Below are positions 1-12,665 of a DNA stretch of 64,000 bases, piece by piece. A model generated the notes under the pieces. That model worked only from the letters and a program-made list of their open reading frames with translations, was not told the DNA's origin and ran no database searches. The stretch is from Pristiophorus japonicus. Its lineage: Eukaryota. The stretch lies in contig NC_091990.1 of the NCBI RefSeq assembly GCF_044704955.1, positions 9,052,001 through 9,116,000 of the forward strand, written 5' to 3'. Within the stretch, counting starts at the first letter, position 1. Every line of letters starts with the position of its first letter. The position numbers were made by a program, and so were the translations under genes.

Positions 1-370
1 AGGGGTCGGGGTTGAAGGGTGAGGGGTCGGGGTAAGGGTTGAAAGGTCCGTGGTGAGGGTCCAGGGTTGAAGGGTGAGGGGTTGAAGGGTGAGGGGTCGG
101 GGTAAGGGTTGAAAGGTCCGTGGTGAGGGTCCAGGGTTGAAGGGTGAGGGGTTGAAGGGTGAGGGGTCGGGGTAAGGGTTGAAAGGTCCGTGGTGAGGGT
201 CCAGGGTTGAAGGGTGAGGGGTCGGGGGTGAAGGGTGAGGGGTCGGGGTTGAAGGGTGAGGGGTCGGGGTAAGGGTTGAAAGGTCCGTGGTGAGGGTCCA
301 GGGTTGAAGGGTGAGGGGTTGAAGGGTGAGGGGTCGAAGGGTGAGGGGTCGGGGTTGAAGGGTGAGGGGG
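1..370. repeat. G-rich compound minisatellite (GGGGTTGAAGGGTGAGGGGTC-type units) at the start of ZMPSTE24 intron 1
   Basis: Tandem units visible directly, interspersed with GGTAAGGGTTGAAAGGTCCGTGGTGAGGGTCCA blocks; ends about 15 bp from the exon 1 donor. Confidence 0.95.
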
Positions 371-385
371 CGGCTGAGCACTGAC

Positions 386-493
386 CTGCCGCCGGCCCAG
401 GTGGGCCTCCCACAGATACACGGCCCAGGAGAAGAGCAGCACCGAGTGGAAGATGCGGCTCTCGAGCCCGAGCTCGGTCAGGCCGCCAAACAT
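386..493 (-). CDS. ZMPSTE24: ZMPSTE24 (CAAX prenyl protease 1 / FACE-1) coding exon 1; gene continues off the left edge
   Basis: ATG at 493-491 gives MFGGLTELGLESRIFHSVLLFSWAVYLWEAHLGRRQ, then a phase-0 donor CAG|GTCAGT. Matches the human N-terminus (..[26 protein letters not shown]), which also ends exon 1 at this Q. Too short for the ORF track. Confidence 0.93.
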
Positions 494-680
494 CGCGCTC
501 CGGGGGCGGGGGGTGCGGGTTATCGCGGGTTTATTTCTGGCCTCAGTCTCTGCTCCCGCCCGTGCTGCCGGCGGAGTTACACTGAAAGAGTTCCGGGCGG
601 ACAGGAAGTCGGTGCGCTGCAAAGCGGGTCCGGGCGAACAGGAAGTTGCTGCGCTGCGATGGTTGTTCCGGGCGGGGCCC
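494..680 (-). promoter_or_regulatory. CpG-island promoter / 5'UTR of ZMPSTE24
   Basis: CpG-dense, with GC boxes (GGGGCGGGG near 503-511 and near 670) and two ETS-type CAGGAAGT motifs (602-609, 639-646). Confidence 0.7.
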
Positions 681-779
681 CACTGTCACAGACCCAACAC
701 AGGTGGCACAACTTACAGAAACACAAAATCATAAAAACACAAAAGGAAACTTATCAAATGAAATAAGGAATGAAGGAAT

Positions 780-2060
780 GACTTGCATTTATATATCACC
801 TTTCGCAACCTCAGGATTTCCCAAAGCGCTTTACAGGCAGTGAAGTATAGTCACTGTTGTAATGGGCAGCCAATGCGCACAGCAAGCTCCCACAAACAGC
901 AATGTGATAATGACCAGATCATCTGTTGTAGTGATGGTGAGCAAGGGATAAATATTGGCCAGAACACTGGGGAGAACTCCTCTGCTCTTCTTCGAAATAG
1001 TGCTCTGTCAGAAGATTGTAGGTTCAAGTCCCACTCCAAGGACTTGAACACAAAAATCTAGGCTGACTCTCCAGTGCAGTGCTAAGGGAGTGCTGAACTG
1101 TCGGAGGGGCAGTACTGAGGGAGCGCTGCACTGTCGGAGGGTCAGTACTGAGGGAGTGCTGAACTGTCGGAGGGGCAGTACTGAGGGAGTGCTGAACTGT
1201 CGGAGGGGCAGTACTGAGGGAGTGCTGAACTGTCGGAGGGGCAGTACTGAGGGAGTGCTGAATTGTCGGAGGGGCAGTACTGAGGGAGCGCTGCACTGTC
1301 GGAGGGTCAGTACTGAGGGAGTGCTGCACTGTCGGAGGGGCAGTACTGAGGGAGTGCTGCACTGTCAGAGGGGCAGTACTGAGGGAGCGCTGCACTGTCG
1401 GAGGGGCAGTACTGAGGGAGTGCTGCACTGTCGGAGGGGCAGTACTGAGGGAGCGCTGCACTGTCGGAGGGGCAGTACTGAGGGAGTGCTGCACTGTCGG
1501 AGGGGCAGTACTGAGGGAGCGCTGCACTGTCAGAGGTGCCGTCTTTTGGATGATACATTAAACCGAGGTCCCGTCTGCTCTCTCAGGTGGATGTAAAAGA
1601 ACCCACGGCACTATTTCAAAGAAGAGCAGGGGAGTTATCCCCGGTGTCTTGGGGCCAATATTTATCCTCAATCAACAAAACAAAAACAGATTATCTGGTT
1701 ATTATCACATTGTTTGTGGGAACTTGCTGTGCGCAAGTTGGCTGCCGCATTTCCCACATTACAACAGTGACTACACTCCAAAAGGTACTTCATTGGCTGT
1801 AAAGTGCTTTGAGACGTTTGGTGGTCGTGAAAGGTGTTATAGAAATGCAAGTCTTTTTGTTTTTTAGTGCCGTGGGATGTTTTACATCTACCTGATAGAG
1901 TAGATGGGGCCTCGGTTTAACATCTCCTCCAAAAGACTGCACCTCCGACATTGCAGCACTCCTTCAGTATTGCCAGCCTGGATTTTTGTGCTCAAGTGTC
2001 TAGCGTGGGACTTGAACCTTCTGGCTCAGAGGTGAGAGTGCTGCCCACTGAGCCACGGTT
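780..2060. mobile_element. Cluster of Deu-domain tRNA-derived SINEs (SacSINE1-like): minus fragment 780-1000, plus copy 1010-1860, minus fragment 1866-2060
   Basis: B-box GGTTCAAGTCC; Deu-like core TTAAACCGAGGTCCCGTCTGCTCTCTCAGGTGGATGTAAAAGA; L2-like tail ..AAATGCAAGTC. Many similar copies occur in the window. Confidence 0.75.
1081..1535 (+). repeat. 33-bp minisatellite (GTACTGAGGGAGTGCTGCACTGTCGGAGGGGCA), about 13-14 units, inside a SINE
   Basis: Direct tandem units; source of the spurious STAPPTVQHSL-type ORFs. Confidence 0.95.
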
Positions 2061-2383
2061 AACACTTTTACCATTGCCACCTATGTCCAACATGCCCTCC
2101 AGTCCCTGTGGTGCCCACCAGCAGTGTGCCGACAGACGCAACATGCTCCTTCCCCAGGCCAGCTGGGCGCGGCACACACAGGGAGAAGGGAGGGTGGGGA
2201 ATGCAGTGACGGGCAGCGATGAGCAGCACAAAGCTCTACAAGTGCTTGACCTTGTTCATGGCGTTCGAGATGGAATGTGTCATTTGCAGGCTCACCGCTC
2301 CTGCTCACATTGCTCATTCTATTTTGTAAATATATGGGTTGCGAGCAGATCTGCTGCGAAGATGCTCATTAAGAAAAAATAAA

Positions 2384-3990
2384 GACTTGCATTTAAAGAG
2401 CCACTTTCACGACCACCGGACATCTCAAACCGCTTTACAGCCAATGATGTACTTTTGGAGTGTCTTCATCATAGGCAGTCCCTCGGAATCGAGGAAGACT
2501 TGCTTCCACTCCTGAAGTGAGTTCTTTGGTGGCTGAACAGCCCAATACGAGAGCCACACTCCCTGTCACAGGTGGGACAGATAGTCGTTGAGAGAAGGGG
2601 TGGGTGGGACTGGTTTGCCACACGCTCCTTCCGTTGCCTGCACTTGATTTCTGCATGTTCTCGGCGATGAGACTCGAGGTGCTCAGCGCCCTCCCGGATG
2701 CAATTCCTCCACTGAGGGCGGTCTTTGGCCAGGGACTCCCAGGTGTCAGTGGGGATGTTGCACTTTATCAGGGAGGCTTTGAGGGTGTCCTTGTAACGTT
2801 TCCTCTGCCCCACCTTTGGCTCATTTGCCGTGAAGGAGCTCCGAGTAGAGCACTTGCTTTGGGAGTCTCGTGTCTGGCATGCGAACGATGTGGCCTGCCC
2901 AGCGGAGCTGATCGAGTGTGGTCAGTGCTTCAATGCTGGGGATGTTAGCCTGAATGAGGACGCTGATGTTGGTGCATCTGTCCTCCCAGGGGATTTGTAG
3001 GATCTTGCAGAGACATCGTTGGTGATATTTCTCCAGCAACTTGAGGTGTCTCTGAGCCATACAGGAGGGCAGGTATTACTGCAGTTCTGTAGATCATGAG
3101 CTTAGTGGCAGTTTTGAGGGATTGATCTTCAAACACTCTTTTCCTCTGGCGGCCAAAGACTGCACTGGCGCACTGGAGGCGGTGTTGGATCTCGTCGTCG
3201 ATGCCTGCTCTTGTTGATAGGAGGCTCCCAAGATGTGGGAAGTGATCCACGGTGTCCAGGGCTGTGTCGTGGATCTTGATGACTGGAGGGCAGTGCTGTG
3301 CAGTGAGGACAGGCTGGTGGAGGACCTTTGTCTTACGGATGTTTAGTGTAAGGCCCATGCTTTCGTACGCCTCAGTAAATACGTCGACTGTGTCCTAGAG
3401 TTCAACCTCTGTATGTGCGTAGACGCAGGCGTCATCCGTGTACTGTAGCTCGACGGCAGAGGTTGGGGTGGTCTTGGACCCGGCCTGGAGTGTAGTCACT
3501 GTTGCAATGTTGGGAATGCGGCAGCCAACTTGTGCACAGCAAGCTCCCACAAACAACATCTATGTTTCTGTTACTAGGGGGATCAAGGGGTATGGCGAGA
3601 AAGTAGGAATGGGGTACTGAAGTTGCATGTTCAGCCATGAACGCATTGAATGGTGGTGCAGGCTCAAAGGGCCGAATGGCCTACTCCTGCACCTATTTTC
3701 TATGTTGCTATGTTTCTATGATAATGCCAGATAATCTGTTTATTGTTATGTTGATTGAAGTATAAATATTGGACAGGACACCGGGGATAACTCCCCTGCT
3801 CGTCTTCAAAATAGTGCCACGGGATCTTTTACGTCCACCTGAGAGAGCAGACGGGGCCTCGGTTTAACGTCTCACCTGGAAGACGGCACCTCCGACAGTG
3901 CAGCACTCCCTCAGCACTGCACTGGGAGTGTCAGCCTAGATTGTTGTGCTCAACTCCCTGGAGTGGGACTTGAGCCCATGGTGAGTCCGA
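2384..3990 (-). mobile_element. Deu-SINE split by an RTE insertion (about 2465-3485) and a short CR1 3' end (about 3565-3720)
   Basis: SINE sequence resumes at 3486 after the RTE, with TGGAGTGT on both sides; the CR1 piece ends in TTTCTATG-type repeats. Confidence 0.7.
2465..3485 (-). mobile_element. RTE-clade LINE 3' fragment (degraded RT C-terminus)
   Basis: Frameshifted ORFs ..YADD..GLTLNIRKTKV..RWAGHIVRMPDTRLPKQ..CPTCDRECGSRIGLFSH; (ATG)n tail. Confidence 0.9.
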
Positions 3991-4959
3991 GGATACTGTT
4001 TATAACAGTAGGGCTGTGATGGGCAAAGCGTGATGGGACAATGTTGCAGGAAGTAAGTGTGACAAGGGAATTGCCGCCATGTGCAAGACTGATACATGTG
4101 ACCAGGTGATCCCACGCGGCAATACACACTGGGAGTGAAGATGCGTGTTCAGGTGAAAGGTCAGAGGGCAGAGGATAATTAGAGCAGGGCACACAGATGT
4201 AATTCAGCCCCTATTTGAAAGCCATACAGTCTGTCATTATATAACACTTTGGGAAGCAGAGTAGAGTTAGTTGGAGGATTGGTTGAGGATCGAGGGGATG
4301 TTAAACTGAAGTGCTGTAGCACCATGACTGGTGGGAGGGTGTAATCACAGTGGGACACGTTTCCGGAGGCAGGTTCTTTTATAAATATAGACACAGGAAT
4401 TTATAATGGCAAGGTTGACACAGGAAGTGAGCATAGATGTACAATTCTTAATGCATCATAGATAGACAAATATTGCAGGTATGCCATTTATCATTGATTT
4501 TACGCTGGTTATATTGTTTGAGACAATCTTATTAAAATATCTAAAATCGTGCTGATATTTTGTTATAACTTTGCATTTACTATTTATTCTATCCTTTGCT
4601 AAAGGTGGTGACTGAAATAGCACATCAAGGGCACGAGCTGGTGTCTCCCAGTGTGTTGACGAAGCGGCTGTCCTGCACATGTGAATAGAATTGGTGGGGG
4701 GATGGGGAATATCACAGCCTCTCCTCTCCTCTCCTCTCCCCTCCCCACACCTGCACAATTCTCTGCAGGGTCACTGGATAAATCAATAGCAGGAGGACCG
4801 ACTGATTCTCCAGCCTCTGAACATCAAAGTCAATTGTCGCAGCACTTCACGTCCCCGATTGATTAACTCGGCACCGTCCAGGGATTGAATCAGGATCTTT
4901 CTGAGCTGTTCAATGCTGCAGCAAATCGGGGAAGACAATTTTTATTTAAGAATTTCATG

Positions 4960-5380
4960 GCCTCTGGTCATCCACATACACTTTACAGCCAATGAAGTAC
5001 TTTTAAAGTGTAGTCACTGTTGCAATGTAGGAAACGTAACAGCCAATTTACACTCAACAAGGTCCCACAAACAGCAATGTGATAATGATCAGATAATTTG
5101 CTTTTTGGTGCTGTTGATTGAGGGATAAATATTGCCCAGGACACCGGGGATAACTCCCCTGCTCTTCTTCAAATAGTGCCATGGGATCTTTTATGTTCAC
5201 CTGAGCGGACAGATGCAACCTCGGTTTAACGTCTCCTCCGAAGGACGGCACCTCCGACGATGTAGTGCCCCTCAGTATTGCACTGAAGCGTCAGTTTAGA
5301 TTATGTGCTCAAGTTCCTGGAGCGAGGCTTGACCTATGACCTTCTGATTCGGAGGCGAGAGATGCAAGCCACAGTTGATT
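4960..5380 (-). mobile_element. Deu-domain SINE copy
   Basis: Similar to the other SINE copies from tRNA-like head to tail. Confidence 0.75.
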
Positions 5381-5937
5381 CAATAATGTTGCTGCACAAT
5401 TCACCCCCCTTGAACCATGTACTCAGTAATGCTAGAACCGAAACAGCTTAAATATTTAACCTTTAAATAAATGTGTAGATGAAAATGTTCACAAGGTGTA
5501 ACTTTTCATTAATTACATTAAGCAGCACCGTGGCTGGTTCCAGAACTGTCACAGAAGGAAAGTAAGGAGGGAAAAGCTCTGCTGTGGGAGAACATTGTGT
5601 GTCCAGTTAAGGAGAGCACTAAGCACCATAAGGAAATGCTAGACAGCGGTTCCAGGATCTAACTGCTGGATAAATGAAGTTAAATTTGTGAGGGAGGGGT
5701 TGTAGTATGTCCCCCATTCCCAGAGATACCATCTGGGCAGTTTTCTCACTCCATGTCCATTGGGAAATCATTATTGGGATGAAGGATTAAGGCACTGGAA
5801 GAACCTTAGTGAAACAACCTAATTGGCAGGAGGGATTGGGTAACTCAGAGGAACATCCCCAACGTCAGGGTTCTGTATCACAGCAACCCCATCAGAGAGC
5901 ATCAGACATTTTGCACACGAGCCTTGATGGTTCCCGA

Positions 5938-6277
5938 CATCATCATCATAGGCAGTCCCTCGGAATCGAGGAAGACTTGCTTCCACTCTTAAAATGAGTC
6001 CTTAGGTGGCTGAACAGTCCAATACGAGAACCACAGTCCCTGTCACAGGTGGGACAGATAATCATTGAAGGAAAGGGTGGGTGGGGAGTCTGGTTTGTCG
6101 CACGCTCCTTCCGCTGCCTGCGCTTGATTTCTGCATGCTCTCGGTGATGAGACTCGAGGTGCTCAGCGCCCTCCCAGATGCACTTCCTCCAGTTAGGGCG
6201 GTCTTTGGCCAGGAACTCTCAGGTGTCAGTGGAGATGTTGCACTTTTTCTAAGAGGCTTTCAGGGTGTCCCTGTAAC
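5938..6277 (-). mobile_element. RTE LINE 3' fragment
   Basis: CATCATCATAGGCAGTCCCTCGGAATCGAGGAAGACTTGCTTCCAC terminus shared with the other RTE copies. Confidence 0.9.
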
Positions 6278-6761
6278 ATAGTAAGTCCTTGATGTCACAA
6301 ATAAATTAGACATGAATTACATCCAAAGTGATAAGTCCTGGCAAATGTGTATTGTTAAGGTATTTATGTAAAATCCTTCTCCTCTTATATTATCTGATGG
6401 ATGACATGTGCCTGCGTGAGATAGAGAAGGTGGGAAGCGAATGGAGGAAGTTACCCTCGGGGTCACCCAGAAATACCAAATTCCCCTCAAACAAAGTCTG
6501 AATGGAATCAAGGTGCTCATCTGTGCATTCCGTTGCGACAAGTCTTCATGGGGAGGCAATGGAACAAGTGAGACGCTGACAATCTCTGTCAGTGCAGGTT
6601 TGCAACACGCCAGGCACAACTCCCAGGAAGTTATCCTTTTTCTCAGTGTTCAACCTATGCAGGAAAAACAAATAGGAGAATATTCACCTTTGGCTTTCCA
6701 GAAGCCAACTGTCTAATCCGACCCTCCTCATGGTCAGGAGCCAGATGTTGCAAAGACCACC

Positions 6762-7572
6762 TGTAATGTATGCACCTGTGAGCATGCTCATAGGTTTGTT
6801 GAGCTGTTGAGACTTGGCCTGGAGGGTGTCGCACGGAGCAGTCTAGAGGAGTCCGTGTTCCATGTGTGTGTCAAATGTGTGGGGTTGCAGCCCGTCTTTC
6901 AATATTTGAAGGGGCTGCTCCTCAAATTCTGGTTGCACTTCAGTCCCACGCACCTGATCTTTGGGCACCCTGTGCGGAGGGGAGCGGGCAGGTCGGAAGG
7001 CCTCCTCGTAGGACTGCTCCTGGGCATGGCCAAGGTGGCCATTAACCGGTCCAGGTAGTGGGCGGTCGAGGGGGTCGTTCAGCCCGACTGCCTACCTCTC
7101 TTCCGCGGTAACATCCGAGCCAGGGTGTCCCTGGAGATGGAGCACGCAGTATCCACCGGTACGCTCGTGGCCTTCAGCGAGAGGTGGGCACCGGAGGGAC
7201 TGGAGTGCATCATCACGCCCGGTAACCAAATTTTAATTTGTAGCATTATTGTTAAAAGTATATTTGTTTCATTTGTCGGTTTTAGTGCCCCTTTAATAAG
7301 GGGCACTTGAACTTTTGTTTTACAAAAATAGTTGTCGAGCTGTTGAGTTGTGAGTGGCTTAGCCAGTCACGTGATGTTCATGTGATTCAATAAAACCCCA
7401 GCCAGTTGGGTTCGGGGGATCCACGATGAGGCAGGTGGTTGTAAGCCTGGTAGATGAACCGGTAATGTGTAGTGTGATTGTTAAAGCTTTTTCTAATAAA
7501 TCAACTAGTTCTTAATAGCAATGTGTTGCTATGGATTATTGAGCAAAGGACCTATGAAGCAGATACATTACA
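6762..7572 (+). mobile_element. Solo LTR interrupted by a Tx1-like fragment
   Basis: Ends TGTAATGTAT...ATACATTACA (TG..CA, 10-bp inverted repeat); flanks CCACC/CCAGC (5-bp TSD, 1 mismatch); internal AATAAA. Confidence 0.7.
6812..7333 (+). mobile_element. Tx1-like LINE 3' fragment
   Basis: Encodes degraded LEESVFHV..KGLLLKFWLHFSPT..ERWAPEGLECIITPGNQILI, nearly identical to the C-terminus of the 55968 ORF. TSD GT(T/C)GAGCTGTTGAG. Confidence 0.9.
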
Positions 7573-7719
7573 CCAGCCATCACAAACAAAGAGATCTGAG
7601 TAGTTTCAGATTCACTCTCAGAACTTGCTCTGGAATCCAGTGAGGAGTTAGTTGTTTTTAGTCCTGTTTGGCTATCCATGTTGTGTTTAATGTTGTTTTC
7701 TTCGAGTTTCCTTCAGGAG

Positions 7720-7905
7720 GAGAGTAAGACAACCATTATACGATGCTCTTTAAAACCTACCTCTTTAATCAAGCTTCTGGTCACCTGCCCTCATTTCTTC
7801 TTATGGGGCTGGCTGTCAACTTTTGTTTCCTGACACTCCTGTGAAGCACCGTGGGAAGTTTTACGACGTTAAAGGCACTATATAAATACAAGTTGTTGTT
7901 GTTAT
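7720..7905 (+). mobile_element. L2-like LINE 3' end
   Basis: ..CCTGTGAAGCACCGTGGGAAGTTTTACGACGTTAAAGGCACTATATAAATACAAGTTGTTGTTG tail. Confidence 0.55.
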
Positions 7906-10339
7906 TCTATGACTTTCAGCGAAGATTTCACTGTGCTCATTTTGATGTTGTGTGGGGTGAGATTAGCATGACACTGAGCTGACACACAGAGGCCCATGTG
8001 CTAATATCTCAGCTAGCAGCCCTTTGTCAGTTCATTCTTTCCTAAACCTCTTGCCAAGTCCAGAGTTTGGCATGGATGAATAAATTGAGTCTGCTCCAAG
8101 GGTACCTGGCACAGTCAGCCATCATTTTATACTTGGCATCACACACTGTTTACATATTAACAGAAGTAAGCCACTCCCATAAGCTGCGTATCTTCTTCAG
8201 AAATGTATAGATGGTGTTTGGGTCCAACCAACGGAGCCTGAGATACAGGTAGAATCAGCACTGGCTGATTACATTGTCTTTTACACTTTCTGTGCCTGCT
8301 ACAAGGGTGTTGGAAAGCAATCCAGCAATTCAACCGAGACTAGAGAAATGACTGGATATTGCTGACTAATTAGTCTCCAAGGTCCTACAGTTGGTGGAAA
8401 GGTGCCAACATCATAGATAATGAGTTCAGCAGTCACCTTCGCTGGCACTGACAGACGTGATCAGTGTCAGGCCTGATACTCTAGTGTCACCTTCACTGAG
8501 TTAGTGGCACTTTCACCTCTGAATTAGAAGGTTATGGATTCAAGTTCCACATAATCCAGGCAGATATTTGCGTGTAATACTGGCTCCACCGTTGGAGATG
8601 CCATCTTTTGGATGTGATGTTTACTGCAGCCTCACCTACCCATTCAGGTGGATATAAACCATCCCATACTGCTAATCATTATTTCCCCATGGCCATCCCT
8701 CCCAAAAACAGAGACATCTCCTGTGTTGTTTGTGGGGCTTTGCATGATGCGAAGATAATTCATTGGCCCTGAATTCATTCTTCCTCTGGTCGTACATTAT
8801 TCACTTATTAACCGTAACTACATCATGGACAAGGTTTGGATAGGTTATTTAAATTGGATAATGATGGGAGAACTAGGAAGCATGCGTATAAAATGCGAAG
8901 GCAAGCAGATAGTTCAGATGTTAAAACGTAATTCTTCTTACAGTGACCCATCGGCCTCTGGGATAGATTGCTGAGACTTGCAGTGAGTGCAGAGTCACTA
9001 CAGTCCTTCAATGGGAACAACACAAGTTGCTGAGCAAGGAGGTCATCTTTTGCCTCTCCCTGGGGATTGTGAGATGAGGGACTGAGAGGCAGTAAATGGG
9101 GTGCGTGGCTGCACCGTGTGAAGGAGGTGGGTGTGATGGACTGGTTGGTTTGTTCTTTCTTCTTTTCACATCCATCGGGCTCTGAGCACCCCTGCTGACT
9201 GTGTTTGATGGGTGACAGGCCTCACTGGTTCGATGTGTCACAGATTGACCTGGGCCACGTCTGTGCTAATTCTTTGTTGTTTAGCCAACGTGCTTGAGTT
9301 GGACAATCCTAGTTTACTGTATATAGTCTTCGGATCACACGGACCAGACAACTGAGACAAGAGTTCGGACATCCCTATGATTCTATTATTATCATTACAG
9401 TAAGAAAACACATTTTAAACACACTAATTGGGCATACATAGGTGAAAGAATCAGTTGTCAGGGATGATGGATACCAAGCTAACTGCTCAAAATGATATTT
9501 AAATGTCACATTGACACCAGCACTCAATCAGTTTGAACATGTTCCACAATAAAGGGGAATGGCAGGATCAGAGGGCTGCTTGCTGTATAATGGAGGCCTT
9601 CCCATTGAGAGGTTTTTGTCTGAAGCCATCTCTACAATTCGCTGTGCTAGTTTTAGGTGACTGTCCTTCACAGTTTACAGAGTAGCCATGCTTGACTTGA
9701 GTAACTTTTGGATTGAAAATATTAAACTTTCCCAGTACAGACTATAGTTTGGATTGTAATCCTGTCTGACACTTGTCTCGATCATCTATCTTGGGGCAGG
9801 TTTCCCGATTTAGACAGATTTTCCGGGGAAAGGAAAAGTAACTAAAGAGATTCATTAGTTCAAAAATTAAATAGTGTTGAGAGTTCATTCTCAGCACATT
9901 CTCCCCCACATATTTGTTGTTCAAAATTCCCCCTTCTGCCCCTCTCCTGAAGGTATTGACTCTTTCCGTGGGTGCAGGAAGCCATGCAGTTCCTTGCAGT
10001 CACGTGTATAACCTTCACAGCTGAGTATGATCATTCCCTAGCCACACATTTCCAGGAGGTGTTGCTGAATAGCAGCGAGGAGCAGAAATCCCTGCTCATT
10101 TCCTTTCTTGATCTCAGGAATGACAAGACCATTTGCAGCATCCCTGCCACCATCCCAGGTAAATCCAGCTAACTCAGATCGGGTACTGCAGACCGGGTGC
10201 TGAAGATGGAACCTTCCTGCATACAGGTGTGCGCTTCCTGTCTGCAAAGCATCACTTCCTTTTGTCGTGCTTTTGTGTCAACTGTTCCCATTATAAATTC
10301 TTATCTCCAAATTAATCATGGAACCTGTCTATGTAAACA

Positions 10340-10553
10340 GAGGGTTGTAAATCTGTGGAAGCTGGGTCATTGAATAAATTTAAGACAGAAATAGACAGTT
10401 TCCTAACCGATAAGGGAATAAAGAGTTATGGGGAACGAGCAGGGAAGGGGACCCGAGTCCATGATCGGATCAGCCATGACCTTATTAAATGGCGGAGCAG
10501 GCTCGAGGGGCCGTATGGCCGACTCCTGCTCCTATTTCTTATGTTCTTATGTT
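10340..10553 (+). mobile_element. CR1 LINE 3' end
   Basis: GGAGCAGGCTCGAGGGGCCG..CTCCTGCTCC stem-loop followed by a (TTCTTATG)n tail. Confidence 0.85.
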
Positions 10554-10739
10554 CTAAACTGGTCATGCTGTAATTGCACCCTCCTGTCACTGATGGCGCT
10601 AGCTCCTCCGCCTGCACTGTCGAAAATCGTTGTGCTTCAAGCAACTCAATTTCTCGGCTGTAAGTTTTGCGAGTTAACTATAAATAATATAAAATCATAA
10701 TATCATATACAAATATGGACAGAATGTATGACTTTAAGA

Positions 10740-11995
10740 AAGACTTGCATTTATATAGCACCTTTCACTACCTCAGGACATCCCAAAGCACTTTATAGTT
10801 TTCTTGGAGTGTAGTCACTGTTGTAATGTGGGAAACGCAGCAGCCAATTTGCGCACAGCAAGCTCCCACAAACAACAATGTGATAATTATCTATTTTAGT
10901 GATGTTGATTGAGGGATAAAAATATTCAGACAGGGCCTCGATTTAATGTCGCATCTGAAAAACAGCACCTCTGACAGTGCAGGCTCCCTCAGTACTGCCC
11001 CTCAGACAGTGAAGCACTCCCTCAGTACTGCCCCTCAGACAATGCAGCACTCCCTCAGTACTGCCCCTCAGACAGTGAAGCACTCCCTCAGTACTGCCCT
11101 CAGACAGTGCAGCACTCCCTCAGTACTGCCCCTCCGACAGTGCAGCACTCCCTCAGTACTGCCCCTCAGACAGTGAAGCACTCCCTCAGTACTGCCCCTC
11201 AGACAATGCAGCACTCCCTCAGTACTGCCCTCCGACAGTGTAGCATGTCCTCAGTATTGCCCCTCAGACAATGCAGCACTCCCTCAGTACTGCCCCTCTG
11301 ACAGTGCAGCACTCCCTCAGTACTGCCCCTCAGACAGTGAAGCACTCCCTCAGTACTGCCCCTCAGACAATGCAGCACTCCCTCAGTACTGCCCTCCGAG
11401 AGTGCAGCATTTCCTCAGTATTGCCCCTCAGACAGTGCAGCACTCCCTCAGTACTGCCCCTCTGACAGTGCAGCACTCCCTCAGTACTGCCCCTCAGACA
11501 GTGCAGCGTTTCCTCAGTACTGCCCCTCCGACAGTGCAGCACTCCCTCAGTACTGCCCCTCTGACAGTGCAGGCTCCCTCAGTACTGCCCCTCAGACAGT
11601 GAAGCACTCCCTCAGTACTGCCCTCCGACAGTGCAGCGTTTCCTCAGTACTGCCCTCCAACAGTGTAGCATGTCCTCAGTATTGCCCCTCAGACAATGCA
11701 GCGTTTCCTCAGTATTGCCCCTCAGACAATGCAGCACTCCCTCAGTACTGCCCCTCAGACAGTGCAGCGTTTCCTCAGTATTGCCCCTCAGACAATGCAG
11801 CACTCCCTCAGTACTGCCCCTCCGACAGTGCAGCGTTTCCTCAGTACTGCCCCTCTTCCTCACTATTTCCCCTCCAATAGTGCAGCACTACACCAGAGTG
11901 TCAGCCTGGATTTTTGTGCTCAAGTCTCTGGAGTGGGACTTGAACCCACAACCTTCTGACCCAGAGGTGATGTACAACCCACTGAGCCACAGCTG
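10740..11995 (-). mobile_element. Deu-SINE carrying an expanded internal minisatellite
   Basis: tRNA-like head at about 11900-11995, tail at 10740, array between them. Confidence 0.8.
10972..11855 (-). repeat. 32-33-bp minisatellite, about 27 units, same unit as 1081-1535
   Basis: CAGTACTGCCCCTCAGACAGTGCAGCACTCCCT tandem units with variant higher-order blocks. Confidence 0.95.
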
Positions 11996-11999
11996 ATGT

Positions 12000-12425
12000 T
12001 ATGGCTTATCAGACTAATACCAGGGAGGAGGGACTTTAGTTATTTGGAGAGGCTAAAGAAGCTGGGATTGTTCTCCTTAGAGCAAAGAAGGTTATGGAGA
12101 GAGGTAATGGAGGTGTTGAAAATGATGAGGGCTTTTGATAGAGTAAGTAGGGACAAACGGTTTCACCAGAGGACACAGATTTAAAGGAATTGGCAATCAA
12201 GAGGGGAGATGAAGAGATTTCTTTTTCTTACCTAGCGAGTTGTGATCTGGAACCCGCTGCCTGAAGGAGCGATTGAAGCAGATTCAACAGTAAGTTTCAA
12301 AAGAAAATTGGATAACTGTATGAAGGGGAAAGATTGCAGGGCTATGGGGGAAGAGAAGGGGAGGGGGACTAATCGGATCGCCAACACAGTCACAATGGGC
12401 CGAATGGTTTTTTTGTGCCGTTTGA
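12000..12425 (+). mobile_element. Older CR1-type LINE 3' fragment
   Basis: RLIPG..FSYLERLKKLGLFSLEQRRL..IWNPLPE motif. Confidence 0.75.
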
Positions 12426-12665
12426 TTCGAGCAATGTGTGTGCGCCAGTCAGAGCCCGGCACTTTCAAGACAGAATGGGAGAACACGCTTGAAAAACGTA
12501 AAAGGGGGTTTGGGGAACTGAGTGGTCAGAGAACCAAAGTCAATGGACAAACAAGAGAGGACATTTTGCAAACATGAATCTCTTTACTGTGACAGTACAA
12601 CACATTGTCGGGTATGTAGACGGTGAGGTTTAGTCTGGGGAGTGAGTTGTGAGTGAGGGGTGTAG

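Noticed and set aside
362-766. Plus-strand 134-aa and 93-aa ORFs at the CpG island
   Set aside because: Antisense shadow of ZMPSTE24 exon 1 and its promoter; no recognisable protein.
1024-1596. Repetitive ORFs and a CRISPR-like look of the 33-bp arrays (also 10946-11996, 24862-25347, 63450-63999)
   Set aside because: Units are head-to-tail with no unique spacers and there are no cas genes; the ORFs are open only because the unit length is a multiple of 3.
4456-4758. 100-aa minus-strand ORF in unique DNA (similarly 21743-22021 and 43123-43317)
   Set aside because: No recognisable domain or consistent splice partners; length is compatible with chance.
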